From NCBI GenBank assembly GCA_026770705.1, contig JANJGN010000038.1, positions 3,906,001 through 3,970,000 of the forward strand: a stretch of DNA of 64,000 nucleotides, written 5' to 3'. This document shows, piece after piece, positions 61,552 through 64,000 of this stretch (position 1 is its first letter; each line of letters opens with the position of its first letter). Under the pieces are notes generated by a model, which saw nothing but the letters and a program-made list of their open reading frames with translations, did no database searches and was not told where the DNA came from. This DNA is from Isurus oxyrinchus (Eukaryota). The translations under genes were made by a program, and so were the position numbers.

Positions 61552-62740
61552 GGCTGTAACAGCATTTTTCGATTCGGCATTTCTACGCTGCTTTTCCCTA
61601 TTGTTTTTCAGTTCAGATCTCTTTCAGCACAAAACCGCTTGTTTAGGTTCAAGATAAACGACTTTGTCAGCCTATGAAAACAACAGTTGCTGTGAGCTGG
61701 ATCATGAAACCGACAGTGAGATGAAATAGTCCCACAATCTGCACATGCGTCACTTTCAATTTCCAAAACCCTCCACCCTGTTCGCTGAGCAGTGATTGGC
61801 TGCCGTGTTCCCTGCATGAGAACAATGACTCTCCTTCAGAAAGTACTTCAATAAAAGCAAAATACTGGAAATCTGAAATAAAAACATTAAACGCAGGTAT
61901 AACTCAGCAGGTCTGAGAGCGTCTGTGGAAAGCAAAACCTGCTGAGTTTCTCAAGCATTTTCTGTTTTTATTTCAACAAGTGCTTAATTGGCTTGAAAGT
62001 GGTTTCAGACATCCGCTGGTCAGGAATGCGCTGTATAAGGCAAGTCTGTCTTTCCTTCACTATCTTTAAATCCCAAACCTGTGATTACTGAACCCAGTCA
62101 GTGGAAACCGTTTCTCCCTATTTTTACCATTAAGCCGCCCGTCCCCACTGCCCCCACCCACCTCATTTTGAACAGCTCAATGAAATCTCCACTTAAACTT
62201 CTTTGCTCTAAAGAGAACAATCCCGGACTCTATAATCTCTCCACAAAATTGAATTTCCTCAGCCCTGAACATGTGATACAATGCTCCCGGGGAACGCCTT
62301 GTGACGTTTCATTAGGAAAAAGGAGCTTTATAAATATAAGTTGTTATTGTAGTCCATACATACAGACAAACTACTCTTTCCTCTTTCATCCTGATATTTT
62401 TCACTGTAAAATTGAAATGTGAGGTTGCACAACTAATGTGAATACAATTTTTGCTCGTAAAACTGTGTTCACCTCCTTAGGGAGCTGAACCGCATTGACC
62501 CACACAGAGAAACTCAGAAATGGACATCAAGAGTGACAGAGGTCGAAGGAGAGAAAAATGCCACAGTGAAATCATGTCACCAAATTGGCTCCGTTTTGTT
62601 TTCCATTTCCGACTGGAGATTTGCAGAAGGCTGACAAATGAATGGAAATAAGAGAACACGGAATGTTTGGATCGCTTTCCCTCGATTCCAACGATAATTA
62701 GCTCTGTCTGTGCGTGGTTAAAATCCAAATTAATGAGAAA

Positions 62741-62822
62741 CGTAGTCGGCAGAATTCGAACCTGCACAGGATAAACCCAATGAATTTCTAATCCATCGCC
62801 TTAACCACTCGGCCACGACTAC
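62741..62822 (-). tRNA. tRNA-Ser(AGA), mildly degenerate
   Basis: GTAGTCGTGGCCGAGTGGTTAAGGCGATGGATTAGAAATTCATTGGGTTTATCCTGTGCAGGTTCGAATTCTGCCGACTACG, with several G-U-producing transitions. Confidence 0.85.
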
Positions 62823-62999
62823 AGTAGCTGCTCATCCATCACTATTATTTGTATGAAATCATGCAATGGTTAGAGCGGAGAAAGAGTTCTTTCTGCCCGT
62901 CCTGTCACCCCCATTACCTGACCTTTTCCCTGGAACCTTGCAATTTATCCTGTCTCTCCTCGTTCTTCTGACCAAACTGGGAAAAAAAGATTGAGAATG

Positions 63000-63950
63000 A
63001 TCCAACCCGGCCACTTACCACCCCATCAGTCCACTCTCCATCATCAGCAAAGTAATGGAAGCGATCATCAACAGTGCTATCAAGCAGCACTGACTTAGCA
63101 ATAACCTGCTCACTGATGCCCAGCTTGGGTTCCACAAGGACCACTCAGCTCCTGATCTCATTACAGCCTTGGTTCAAACATAAACAAAAGAGCTGAACTC
63201 CCGAGATGAGGTGAAATCAGCATTTGACCGAGTGTGGCATCAAGGTGCCCGAGCACAACTAGAGTCAATGGGAATTAGGGGGAAACTCTCCGCTTGTTGG
63301 AGTCATACCGAGCACAAAGGAAGATGGTTGTGGTTGCTGGAGGTCAGTCATCTTATCTCCAGGACATCACTGCAGGAGTTCCTTAGGGTAGTGTCATCTG
63401 TCCAACCATCTTCAGCAATAAACTTCCATCCATCATAAGGTCAGAAGTGGCGAAGTTAGCTGATGATTGCACAATGTTCAGCACCATACCCGACTCCTCA
63501 GATACTGAAGCAGTCCATGTCCAAATGCAGCAGGACCTGGGTAATATCCAGGCTTGGGCTGACAAGTGACAAGTAACATTCGCACCGCACAAGTGTCCGG
63601 CAATGGCCATCTCCAACACAAGATAATCCAACCATCACCTCTTGATGTTCAATGGCATTACTATCACTGGATCCCTCACTATCAACATCCTGGGTGTTCC
63701 CATTGACCAGGAACTGAACTGGACTAGCCATATAAACACTGTGGCTACAAGACCAGGTCAGAGGTTAGGAATCGTGCAACGTGTAACTCACTTCCTGACT
63801 CCCTAAAGCCTGTCTACCATCTACAAGGCACAAGTTAGGAGTGTAATAGAATACTCCTCACTTGCTTGGATGAGTGCAGCCCCCGCAGTACTGAAGAAGC
63901 TGGACACTATCCAGGGCCAAAGCAGTCTACTTGACTGGCACCACCTCCAC
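63000..63950 (+). mobile_element. Decayed non-LTR retrotransposon RT region
   Basis: KSAFDRVWHQG, GVP.GS and LADD-like motifs. Same family as 10700-12800. Confidence 0.85.
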
Positions 63951-64000
63951 ATCCAGGTTTAGCTGCAAATTACATTGCCTTGAACGTCTGACCAAAGTAA

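Overview
Vertebrate genomic DNA, almost certainly from a cartilaginous fish (shark). The core is one complete, apparently intact, unrearranged IgM heavy-chain minicluster on the + strand (about 20.4-41.0 kb). Its order is TATA, leader, VH(23-RSS), D1(12/22), D2(12/12), JH(23), Cmu1-Cmu4 with secretory tailpiece, TM1 and TM2. All exons are in phase and have GT/AG splice sites. The VH and Cmu2 look divergent from the common shark IgM type as I recall it. Upstream are a homogeneous 54-bp satellite (1-2.9 kb) built from a 27-bp monomer whose decayed relatives occur on both sides of the gene, CR1-type LINE and SINE debris, and two CTCF-like motifs. Downstream (44.7-62.8 kb) is a mosaic of duplicated and inverted cassettes carrying about 16 tRNA genes or pseudogenes; only Glu-TTC is near-perfect. 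This region also holds three Penelope-like (Neptune-type, GIY-YIG) retroelement insertions with minimal hammerhead ribozyme motifs. One is a 2.4-kb near-perfect palindrome flanked by a 13-bp target-site duplication that splits a tRNA-Val pseudogene. A hammerhead-containing fold-back element of the same type lies on the sense strand of the IgM J-C intron. Repeat boundaries are approximate. Family names rest on recalled motifs, not on database searches.
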